Below, one piece after another: positions 13,701-23,088 of a stretch of 64,000 nucleotides of DNA. Where the stretch lies: the NCBI GenBank assembly GCA_024704765.1, contig JAKMXF010000343.1, positions 62,001 through 126,000 of the forward strand. The letters are read 5' to 3'. The position numbers and the translations under genes are program-made. Source of the stretch: Oopsacas minuta (lineage: Eukaryota; Animalia; Porifera). The notes beneath the pieces are model-generated. The model was given only the letters and a program-made list of their open reading frames with translations, was not told where the DNA came from and made no database searches. Position 1 is the stretch's first letter. Each line of letters starts with the position of its first letter.

Positions 13701-16700
13701 CTTCCTATAAGGACACTCTACTATCGTATTAGGACAATCTGTGTCTAAATGTGCCTCTAGCAGTCTCCGTTTCAGATTAAACTTACAATCGTTCGGACAT
13801 GAAACAGGATATTCTATACACACGGTATTATGCTGGTCTATATCTCTATACATCATGACGGTATGGCAATGTTTACATTCTATTTTCCGTTTTCCTAAAC
13901 ATTCGTTATAGTTGTGGTTTTCCAATTCGCATCTCTTTAGTTTGACAATACAATTATTGCAATGAATTACAAATTCCTGACACAAATCGAGATGCCAATC
14001 GAAATCAGCTATTACACCATTCCATTTGCATCCGCGTGTTACTAGAGGGCACTTCACTCTCAATTCAAGTATTCTTTGCCTCGATTTCATCATCACCTGA
14101 GATGGTACTCCCTCCCCTACACATAGCTCACAAGCAGGAGTTTGTTCATTTCCTATCTGACAAGCATTACGCATAACTCCATGACATTCAGTGCAAACAT
14201 AGAATTCAACTTCAATCTCTGTCAATGCATTAACTAACAAATCTTGTTTGTAGCCACGAAACGTATTTTTACTAGTTTCTACCCATAACAGCTGTTCCTT
14301 AGAATCTACAGTGTTGTAGGTTTTCCTGGTAGCGTCCTCGTTTGAAACACCTTTTAATGCCATTATATTATTGAACAGAAGTAAGGACAAATTCTTATTT
14401 TATACACATATACAATACCTATAGAATCAATTAGAGTGGTTATCACTTCATTAACTAGTTTAATTTCAAACTAAGTAACATTACAAGCAATTAATATCAG
14501 ATTACAGATACATTAATATCCTCTCAATACTCTAAGGTTATGTAATATACTAAATTCTAACACAAATTGCTTCTGTTTACCGAATGGTTATTTAATTGAA
14601 TCCGTGATCAGGACGTCTTCAGCTTCCTGTATCTGTAGAGTAAATGGTATTCTCTTGTCATCCTTTGATATATATCTTTCTTCAAGACTGCATACAGGTA
14701 TTTTAGCTGCTAGAACGAGTTTAAATGGATATTTAGATTCCTTTTCTAATCCGATGCGATCTCTCTCGTATTCAGGCTGTAGTTTTACAATATCTGATTC
14801 GTAAACAAGAAGATTGTTTATGTTTGTTTGATCCAATATTGTCAGTTTGAATCTACCCTCAAAAGGCCATTTAGCAAGTGGAGATCTGTATTGGTCATAA
14901 TCCATGGTAATAATTACAGATATTGTTTCTTTTACAGATACTATTCCTTCTCCTGGCACTCTGGAAAAGTTCAGAGTTATTTTCAGAAATCTCCAATAAA
15001 TTTCAAAATTGTTTCTAAAAATGTTTAAAATAGGTCGACTGAAACTAGAGATTCTATCAACGATTTCAGTAATAAAACTACGTAACACGACAGGGTATGA
15101 CAATCTCTCTACTCTCTTCTCCAGTTCTGTGTTTCTTATCTCCATTTGTTCAATCCTACTTATACCGAAAAGTATAGTAGATTCTAAATGTTTAATTTGG
15201 TTAGTATCCTTATGCTCCTGTAACTCACATCTCTTTACTTCTTGCTTACAACCATACTTCCTATAAGGACACTCCACTATTGTATTAGGACAATCTGTAT
15301 TTACATGTGCCTCTAGTTGTTTCCGTTTTAATTTTAATTTACAGTTGTTCGGGCACAAAATCGAGTATTCTTTACATACATTATTATGCTTGTCTACATC
15401 TTTAAACACTATTACAGCTCGACAATGTGTACAGCTAATTTTCCGTTTCAAACACTCGTTATTGTTGTGGTTTTCCAATTCGCTTCTTTTTAGAATGACA
15501 TCACAATTATTGCATTGAATCACAAATTCCTGACACGAATTGAGATGACATTCTACATCAGCTATCTTACCATCCCATTTGCATCCTCGTGTTGCTAGAG
15601 GGCACTTCGCTCTCAATTCAAGTATTCTCTTCCTCGATTTCGTCATCATTTGAGAGGGCACTCCCTTCCTTACACATAGCTCACAAGCATAAGTTTGTTC
15701 CTTTCCTATCTGACAAGCATTACGCATAACTCCATGACATTCAGTGCAAACATAGAATTCAACTTCAATCTCTGTCAATGAATTAACTAACAAATCTTGT
15801 TTGTAACCACGAAACGTATTTTTACTAGTTTCTACCCATAACAGCTGTTCCTTAGAATCTACAGTATTGTAGGTTTTCCTGGTAGCGTCCTCGTTTGAAA
15901 CACCTTTTAATGCCATTATATTATTGAACAGAAGTAAGGACAAATTCTTATTTTATACACATATACAATACCTATAGAATCAATTAGAGTGGTTATCACT
16001 TCATTAACTAGTTTAATTTCAAACTAAGTAACATTACAAGCAATTAATATCAGATTACAGATACATTAATATCCTCTCAATACTCTAAGGTTATGTAATA
16101 TACTAAATTCTAACACAAATTGCTTCTGTTTACCGAATGGTTATTTAATTGAATCCGTGATCAGGACGTCTTCAGCTTCCTGTATCTGTAGAGTAAATGG
16201 TATTCTCTTGTCACCCTTTGATATATATCTTTCTTCAAGACTGCATACAGGTATTTCAGGTAGAACGAGTTTAAATGGATATTTAGATTCCTCTTCTAAT
16301 CCGATGCAATCTGGCTCGTATGCAGGCTGTAGTTTTACAATATCTGATTCGTAAACAAGAAAATTGTTTATGTTTGTTTGATCCAATATTGTCAGTTTGA
16401 ATCTACCCTCAAAAGGCCATTTAGCAAGTGGAGATCTGTATTGGTCATAATCCATGGTAATAGTTACAGATATTGTTTTCTCTCCTGGCATTCTGGAAAA
16501 TTCCAGAATTATTTTCAGAAATCTCCAATAAATTTTAAAATTGTTTCTAATAATGTTAAAAAATTGACCGAAAGTAGGGATTCTATTCCCAGCGATTTCA
16601 GTAATAAAACTACGTAACACGACAGGGTATGACAATCTCTCTACTCTCTTCTCCAGTTCTGTGTTTCTTATCTCCATTTGTTCAATCCTACTTATACCGA

Positions 16701-19700
16701 AAAGTATAGTAGATTCTAAATGTTTAATTTGGTTAGTATCCTTATGCTCCTGTAACTCACATCTCTTTACTTCTTGCTTACAACCATACTTCCTATAAGG
16801 ACACTCCACTATTGTATTAGGACAATCTGTATTTACATGTGCCTCTAGTTGTTTCCGTTTTAATTTTAATTTACAGTTGTTCGGGCACAAAATCGAGTAT
16901 TCTTTACATACATTATTATGCTTGTCTACATCTTTAAACACTATTACAGCTCGACAATGTGTACAGCTAATTTTCCGTTTCAAACACTCGTTATTGTTGT
17001 GGTTTTCCAATTCGCTTCTTTTTAGAATGACATCACAATTATTGCATTGAATCACAAATTCCTGACACGAATTGAGATGACATTCTACATCAGCTATCTT
17101 ACCATCCCATTTGCATCCTCGTGTTGCTAGAGGGCACTTCGCTCTCAATTCAAGTATTCTCTTCCTCGATTTCGTCATCATTTGAGAGGGCACTCCCTTC
17201 CTTACACATAGCTCACAAGCATAAGTTTGTTCCTTTCCTATCTGACAAGCATTACGCATAACTCCATGACATTCAGTGCAAACATAGAACTCAACTTCAA
17301 TCTCTGTCAATGAATTAACTAACAAATCTTGTTTGTAGCCACGAAACGTATTTTTACTAGTTTCTACCCATAACAGCTGTTTAATAGAATCTACAGTATT
17401 GTAGGTTTTCCTGACAGCGTCCTTTTGTAAATTTGTATAACTGTAATCGTTCGATACAATTTTCGACGCCATTCTATGGCTATTATAGAACAGATTAGAA
17501 GTCAAGACAGTAATATTCTAATACAGGACCAGGATGTATACAATACCTATTAGAGTTGTAAAACGTTAAACTATTTAATTTTCTAAATAATTAATATCAA
17601 ATTACAGAATAATATAGAATGGCCCTCAATGCTATCAAAAAGTAATATACTAAACATTCTGTCGTACAGGAACTGTTCTTGTTTTCTAAATAGCCTTCAT
17701 TGAATCCGTGATCAGGATATCTTCAGCTTCCTGTATCTGTAGAGTAAATTGAATTCCCTTATCTGTTCTGAATCTTTTTTCTAAAAGAAGTTTTCTGGAG
17801 ATTCTAGCTAGAACGAGTTTAGAAGGAACTTTATCTTCATATATTCCTTTGCGATCTGTTTTATTCTCAGGTTGTAGTTTTACGATATCTGATTCATAAA
17901 CAAGTGATTTGTCTTTGTTTTTATTATCCAATAGTGTTAACTTGAATCTACCCTCAAAAGGCCATTTAGCGAGTGGAGATCTGTGTTGGTCATAATCCAT
18001 GATAATAGTTACAGATACTGTCTGTTTCTTGATCAATCGTATGAAATATTGCAGTTATTTTATACAATTTACAACAAACAGTAAAAGTTATGCTATCATA
18101 CCAATGTATATGCTTATTCATAGTGGGTTCTTGTTTAAATTGTAAGAAATTATGGCGAATGACATTACGTAAGATAACGTGGTATGACCATCTCTCTACT
18201 ATTTTTGTGAATGCAATTATTCTCTCTTCCATTTGTTCCATCCTACTAATAGCGAACGAGGTTTTAGATTCCAAATGTTGAATTTGGTTTGTTACTGTAT
18301 GTCTCTCTAATTCACATCTCTTTACTTCTTTCATACAGCCAAACTTCCTATAAGGACACTCCACTATTTTATTAGGACAATTTGTATCTATGTGTGAATT
18401 CAATTGTTTCCTTCTAATAGTCGTTTTACAGTTGTTCGAGCACACAATCAAGTATTCATCGCACACACCATAATGCTGATTTAGATCCTTAAAAATTATG
18501 ACAGCTTGACAATGTGTACAGTTGACATTTCTCTTCAAACATTCGTTCAAGTTGTGATTATCTACTTCCCTTCTCTTTAGTTTGACAACACAATTATTAC
18601 ATTGAACTACAAATTCCTCACATAAATTGAGGTGGCATTCTATCTCTGATATGAAACCATTCCACGTGCACCCTCGTGTTTCCATGGGACATATCGCTCT
18701 CAGTTCAAGTATTCTTTTCCTCGATTTCATCATCATTTGAGAGGGTACTCCCTCCCCTACACATAGCTCACAAGCAGGAGTTTGTTCATTTCCTAGCTGA
18801 CAAGCATTACGCATAACTCCATGACATTCAGTGCAAACATAGAATTCAACTTCAATCTCTGTCAATGAGTTAACTAACAAATCTTGTTTGTAACCACGAA
18901 ACGTATTTTTACTAGTTTCAATCCATAACAGCTGTTCAATAGTATCTACAGTGTTGTAGGTTTTCCTGGCAGTGTCCTTCTGAAAATTTATATAACTGTA
19001 ATCGTTCGAAACAACTTTTGATGCCATTCTGGAATAGAAACAAAAGTAATGACAATATTCTAATACTCGATATAAATAATACCTATAGTATCAATTAAAG
19101 TTGTAACACTATCTCCCTTAGAACGTGAGCTATTTCTCTTGTATTTTTCCCATGATTTCTTTCTTGAATTTTTCGAATTCATTTTTGAGATTTTTATTCT
19201 CTGTAACATGTTTCTTCAATTTCTCTTCTACAGCTTTCATTTCTTTTTTGCAACATGCCTTCTCATGAATCTCAACATAATTTTTCGTACATTCTAGATG
19301 TACAAGAATATTATTACTGTTGTGTACTGCTAATTCACAGCGTTTCATCCGCGCATTACAGCCAAACGGTTTATAGGTACATGATATAACTGTATTAGGA
19401 CAATCTGTATTGATATGATTCTGTAGCTCTTTTCCCTTGAAGGTCCCAGCGCATACATTTTGACACACAAGAGGGAATTCCTGACACTCTTTATAGTGTT
19501 TAGTTAAGTCTTTGAACTGTACAGTACCGTTACAATGCTCACACGTGACGTCACGATGTGTACAATCAAATTTCAAATGTTCCTCTAGCTCCAATCTCTG
19601 TAGAATCATTTGACAGCTGTTAGGACAGTTGACAACAAAGAATTCACATTCATCTAAATGTGAGGTTAAATTTCCCATGTCTCCTTTCCAAATACAGCCT

Positions 19701-22700
19701 CGTGTACACAGAGCACATTTAGCTGGTATATTAGGTACAGATTCTCTAGCTTGTTTCATAGGGATGTGTGTAGCATCTTTTGGTATACAGGTGAGACACA
19801 TAATATTCTGATCTTCTCCCACACTACAAGCTTCTCTACTCAATCCGTTACAACCTGTGCATAGTATGAATTTAGTTGCGAGAGGGTCTAAATTGTCATT
19901 GAGTAGCTCTTGCTTATAACCTCCGTATATTGAGTCTTTTAACTCCACTAACATTAGCTGATCCTTGCTGTCTACAGTGTTGAAAGATTTACCAGCTATT
20001 GTGAGAAGTGTGTGTTGTTTGTTGAGAAATGGATCTTGTTTCTATTTTATAGCTCACTTTTCGTGTAGGCTTACACTTGTTGTTGTACGACTTCACGTCG
20101 GAATTGTGGTGACGTAATGTTTGTATCTGAACGAATTGGTTTGCAATATGAATTATTACATATAGCACCCTCCAGTAAGTACGGACCAAAAACTTTGGGG
20201 CCAACCTGGCATGTGAGAAAATTTGACCTTCCAGGATCAGACATGCCCTAAGGTTCTGTCGGAACTCCATATATTCAACTTATACCCCAATGTAAGTTGA
20301 ATTATCACACACTCTTTTGAACGTTAGACATACTACAGCCAGACAGGCCGTATGCTAGACTCGTCGGCTCTTACTGTATTCAAAGTACACCCCATTGTAA
20401 GTTGAATTAATCTCTCCATTGCATAGTCATCCTACTTAATTAACTTAGTTAATATCCAACCAATATGACAAATATTAAATATCAAATTACAGAGACAAAT
20501 GTGTCTGCTCTATGCTAGGACAAGTATATATGAGAATAGGTATTGTATAGTAAGTATATCGGATAATGGCAGAAGCAGGAGGTAAATCTTTCAACACTGT
20601 AGACAGCAAGGATCAGCTAATGTTAGTGGAGTTAAAAGACTCAATATACGGAGGTTATAAGCAAGAGCTACTCAATGACAATTTAGACCCTCTCGCAACT
20701 AAATTCATACTATGCACAGGTTGTAACGGATTGAGTAGAGAAGCTTGTAGTGTGGGAGAAGATCAGAATATTATGTGTCTCACCTGTATACCAAAAGATG
20801 CTACACACATCCCTATGAAACAAGCTAGAGAATCTGTACCTAATATACCAGCTAAATGTGCTCTGTGTACACGAGGCTGTATTTGGAAAGGAGACATGGG
20901 AAATTTGACCTCACATTTAGATGAATGTGAATTCTTTGTTGTCAACTGTCCTAACAGCTGTCAAATGATTCTACAGAGATTGGAGCTAGAAGAACATTTG
21001 AAATCTGATTGTACACATCGTGACGTCACGTGTGAGCATTGTAACGGTACTGTACAGTTCAAAGACTTAACTAAACACTATAAAGAGTGTCAGGAATTCC
21101 CTCTTGTGTGTCAAAATGTATGCGGTGGGACCTTCAAGAGAAAAGAGCTACAGAATCATATCAATACAGATTGTCCTAATACAGTTATATCGTGTAGTTA
21201 TAAACTGTTTGGATGTAATGTAGAGATGAAACGCTGTGAACTTGCAGACCATAATAGCAATAATATACTTGTCCATCTAGACTGCACGAAAAGTTATGTA
21301 ACCGATAACCATACGCGTGTTGAAGGTAGTTTGAAACAATTGCAGGAAGAAAAAGTTGGTAGCAACCAAATGACGGAAGTACAGCAAAAAATCAAAGACA
21401 TAGAGGGTAAAATAACTGATCCGGTTACTATAAAAACTCTAACTGATAAGCTTAACAACCTCCAAACTGTGAATATAGTTAAGTTAGAGAAACAGTTAGC
21501 TGAATTAACCTCTAAGAAATGCGATTTATCACAGGTAACGAGCTTAGAAACCAGGTTAGCTGCGGCTGAAGCGAAGAACAAAACTATTGTTACTGAAAAT
21601 ACAACTCTCAAGACTGAGTTAGCTGCTTTTAAGAAGGGCATCTTAGCTAAAATACCTGCACCTGCAACCTAGCAACCAAATGTATACTATAATATTGTTG
21701 TGTTTGTGTTTGTTTACTATTGAATAACTTTAGGTATATTTTGATTGATGATCGAGATACAATAGACTCCGCTAAATAAGGTCACTTGGCCAGAAACATA
21801 ACCATGGAAATAGTATTTACCAGCTCTGGTATCGGCCAAACTGCCTTAAACTAGCGACGAACAATAATTTTCCCGTTTGTGGAAGTTTCACTGTATACGT
21901 TCCACACTTTGATTTACTTGTTGTTTATTGTATTTACATCATGAAGGTGACAAGAAATATTCTCCTCGAACCAATGATGGTTCCAGGAGGTGGCGCCTGT
22001 GAAATGGCACTCGCGAACATCCTCAATGAACAAGCAAAGAGCGTCACTGGCGTAGAACAATGGCCATATAAGGCAATAGCAAAATCTTTGGAAGTTATTC
22101 CACGTACTCTAATACAGAACTGTGGAGCTAATACAATAAGAACATTGACTACGTTAAGAGCTAAACACGCTACTAACCAGAATTCAAGCTGGGGGATAGA
22201 TGGAGAGAAGGGAGTGTTAGCTGATATGAGGGATATTTGTGTGTGGGATCCTCTGTCAGTTAAACTACAGGTATTGTATGATAAGTGTGAAATAGCGCAG
22301 TTTTAGATTAATCTTGTATATCAATAAGTATTTCGCCTTTTGAGAAGTTATAGCGGGAAATAACCTGAAAGTTGGCTACTATTATCCCATATTAAATGGG
22401 ATAATTTCGGGTACAGCTGCCCCCAAAAATTATGTGAGGATGGCTTACAGACAGGTGTAAAGTCCATGTGAAAAGATAAAAAAATATACCCAAAATATTT
22501 ATTAGCCACCCAAATATTCTCTGATACACTCTAATTGCGTGAATCATAGGTTTTGCTGGTTAGAAAATCACCAACATGTATTATATGACAGAAATATATT
22601 CTAGGTATACAAGACTGCAATAGAGACATCTATCCTATTGCTACGTATTGACGATATAGTCAGTGGAAGTAAGAAATCGTCAGGAGATGGAGGAGCAGGA

Positions 22701-22742
22701 GGAGGTCCTCAGCCAGGAGGTCCCGGACCCATGGAAGATTAG
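10716..22742 (+). CDS. CCT3: T-complex protein 1 subunit gamma; exons 10716-10940, 11026-11304, 11518-11775, 12156-12596, 21947-22270, 22605-22742
   Basis: [120 protein letters not shown]. The exon join across 12597-21946 is in frame. Confidence 0.95.
13059..14363 (-). CDS. TRAF-like protein copy 1 (half-RING, TRAF zinc fingers, coiled coil, MATH), nested antisense in the CCT3 intron
   Basis: Intronless ORF, first ATG at 14363 (MALKG). Shows CTEC..CELC, KCPLVTRGCKW, CPNDC...HLDTDCPNTIVECPYRKFGC, and MATH motif PLVKWPFEGRFKLTVFD. Confidence 0.85.
   Translation of the reverse strand: MALKGVSNEDATRKTYNTVDSKEQLLWVETSKNTFRGYKQDLLVNALTEIEVEFYVCTECHGVMRNACQIGNEQTPACELCVGEGVPSQVMMKSRQRILELRVKCPLVTRGCKWNGVIADFDWHLDLCQEFVIHCNNCIVKLKRCELENHNYNECLGKRKIECKHCHTVMMYRDIDQHNTVCIEYPVSCPNDCKFNLKRRLLEAHLDTDCPNTIVECPYRKFGCMQEVKRCELERHTVTNQFQHLENKTSFAISRMEQIEKRNAQLEERIEKLSYPVVLRNSINIDFNQLKMNPGLSRHLENCNMNFELYLKFVVKISLSIKPNRNCKTISVTIFMMYDQIRSPLVKWPFEGRFKLTVFDKTNINEPLVYPSSVVKLQPDRKGISQIIYPSEFVLAEIPISFLQDERRRTKNGIPFTLQVQEAGDLLNLMDPMK
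14588..15916 (-). CDS. TRAF-like protein copy 2, nested
   Basis: Same architecture as copy 1; ATG at 15916; MATH motif PLAKWPFEGRFKLTILDQ. Confidence 0.85.
   Translation of the reverse strand: MALKGVSNEDATRKTYNTVDSKEQLLWVETSKNTFRGYKQDLLVNSLTEIEVEFYVCTECHGVMRNACQIGKEQTYACELCVRKGVPSQMMTKSRKRILELRAKCPLATRGCKWDGKIADVECHLNSCQEFVIQCNNCDVILKRSELENHNNNECLKRKISCTHCRAVIVFKDVDKHNNVCKEYSILCPNNCKLKLKRKQLEAHVNTDCPNTIVECPYRKYGCKQEVKRCELQEHKDTNQIKHLESTILFGISRIEQMEIRNTELEKRVERLSYPVVLRSFITEIVDRISSFSRPILNIFRNNFEIYWRFLKITLNFSRVPGEGIVSVKETISVIITMDYDQYRSPLAKWPFEGRFKLTILDQTNINNLLVYESDIVKLQPEYERDRIGLEKESKYPFKLVLAAKIPVCSLEERYISKDDKRIPFTLQIQEAEDVLITDSIK
16141..17472 (-). CDS. TRAF-like protein copy 3, nested
   Basis: Same architecture; ATG at 17472 (MASKIVSND). 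The zinc-finger region is identical in protein to copy 2. Confidence 0.85.
   Translation of the reverse strand: MASKIVSNDYSYTNLQKDAVRKTYNTVDSIKQLLWVETSKNTFRGYKQDLLVNSLTEIEVEFYVCTECHGVMRNACQIGKEQTYACELCVRKGVPSQMMTKSRKRILELRAKCPLATRGCKWDGKIADVECHLNSCQEFVIQCNNCDVILKRSELENHNNNECLKRKISCTHCRAVIVFKDVDKHNNVCKEYSILCPNNCKLKLKRKQLEAHVNTDCPNTIVECPYRKYGCKQEVKRCELQEHKDTNQIKHLESTILFGISRIEQMEIRNTELEKRVERLSYPVVLRSFITEIAGNRIPTFGQFFNIIRNNFKIYWRFLKIILEFSRMPGEKTISVTITMDYDQYRSPLAKWPFEGRFKLTILDQTNINNFLVYESDIVKLQPAYEPDCIGLEEESKYPFKLVLPEIPVCSLEERYISKGDKRIPFTLQIQEAEDVLITDSIK
17686..19027 (-). pseudogene. TRAF-like copy 4 with a frameshift at the start of the MATH domain (pseudogene or sequence error)
   Basis: The 345-aa ORF (19027-17990) ends out of frame. 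The MATH C-terminus (TVSVTIIMDYDQHRSPLAKWPFEGRF) continues in another frame from about 18036. Confidence 0.7.
19130..19954 (-). CDS. TRAF-like copy 5 lacking MATH (half-RING, zinc fingers, short coiled coil); 5' end uncertain
   Basis: Near-identical to the 20566-21672 protein over the zinc-finger part. Homology extends upstream to about 19994, where an AG acceptor-like site lies. Confidence 0.7.
   Translation of the reverse strand: MLVELKDSIYGGYKQELLNDNLDPLATKFILCTGCNGLSREACSVGEDQNIMCLTCIPKDATHIPMKQARESVPNIPAKCALCTRGCIWKGDMGNLTSHLDECEFFVVNCPNSCQMILQRLELEEHLKFDCTHRDVTCEHCNGTVQFKDLTKHYKECQEFPLVCQNVCAGTFKGKELQNHINTDCPNTVISCTYKPFGCNARMKRCELAVHNSNNILVHLECTKNYVEIHEKACCKKEMKAVEEKLKKHVTENKNLKNEFEKFKKEIMGKIQEK
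20566..21672 (+). CDS. TRAF-like copy 6 lacking MATH (half-RING, zinc fingers, long coiled coil); sense-nested in the CCT3 intron
   Basis: MAEAGGKS...CTGCNGLSREAC...CLTC, KCALCTRGCIW, CPNSC, CEHC, CQNVC, CPNTVISCSYKLFGC, then a heptad-rich tail. Confidence 0.85.
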   Translation: MAEAGGKSFNTVDSKDQLMLVELKDSIYGGYKQELLNDNLDPLATKFILCTGCNGLSREACSVGEDQNIMCLTCIPKDATHIPMKQARESVPNIPAKCALCTRGCIWKGDMGNLTSHLDECEFFVVNCPNSCQMILQRLELEEHLKSDCTHRDVTCEHCNGTVQFKDLTKHYKECQEFPLVCQNVCGGTFKRKELQNHINTDCPNTVISCSYKLFGCNVEMKRCELADHNSNNILVHLDCTKSYVTDNHTRVEGSLKQLQEEKVGSNQMTEVQQKIKDIEGKITDPVTIKTLTDKLNNLQTVNIVKLEKQLAELTSKKCDLSQVTSLETRLAAAEAKNKTIVTENTTLKTELAAFKKGILAKIPAPAT

Positions 22743-23088
22743 ATATATCAGCTGTTTAGGAGAATTATCAGAATAGTTTATAGTTAAATTTAGAATTTTC
22801 TGATTATAGAATGGATTATCAAATTCCCTGTGTATTGACTTTACATGGACATTAGTTTCTGCAAAAATATGGCATGATTTGGCTAGGACTATTAACATTT
22901 GGCATGAACATTGCTGTGCTTTGGGCATGAACTTTTCAAGTCTGTAGGATGATCCTTGTGATCAAATCATCTGCCAACACTTAAATATCAGTAGTCAGCA
23001 CTCAGTACACAAAATACGGTATTCACATTCCAAATGACCATATTATTCACCATAAAATATTCTCACAACTATATATTAACTAGCTAAA

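Noticed and set aside
14364-14390. ORF-track N-terminal extensions such as MSLLLFNNI and MTSNLFYNSHR
   Set aside because: They come from TTG/GTG starts not normally used in eukaryotes; the first ATG was used instead.
19989-20270. 93-aa ORF in the spacer of the inverted TRAF pair
   Set aside because: No motif, and it cannot be spliced in the correct phase to the downstream TRAF exon.
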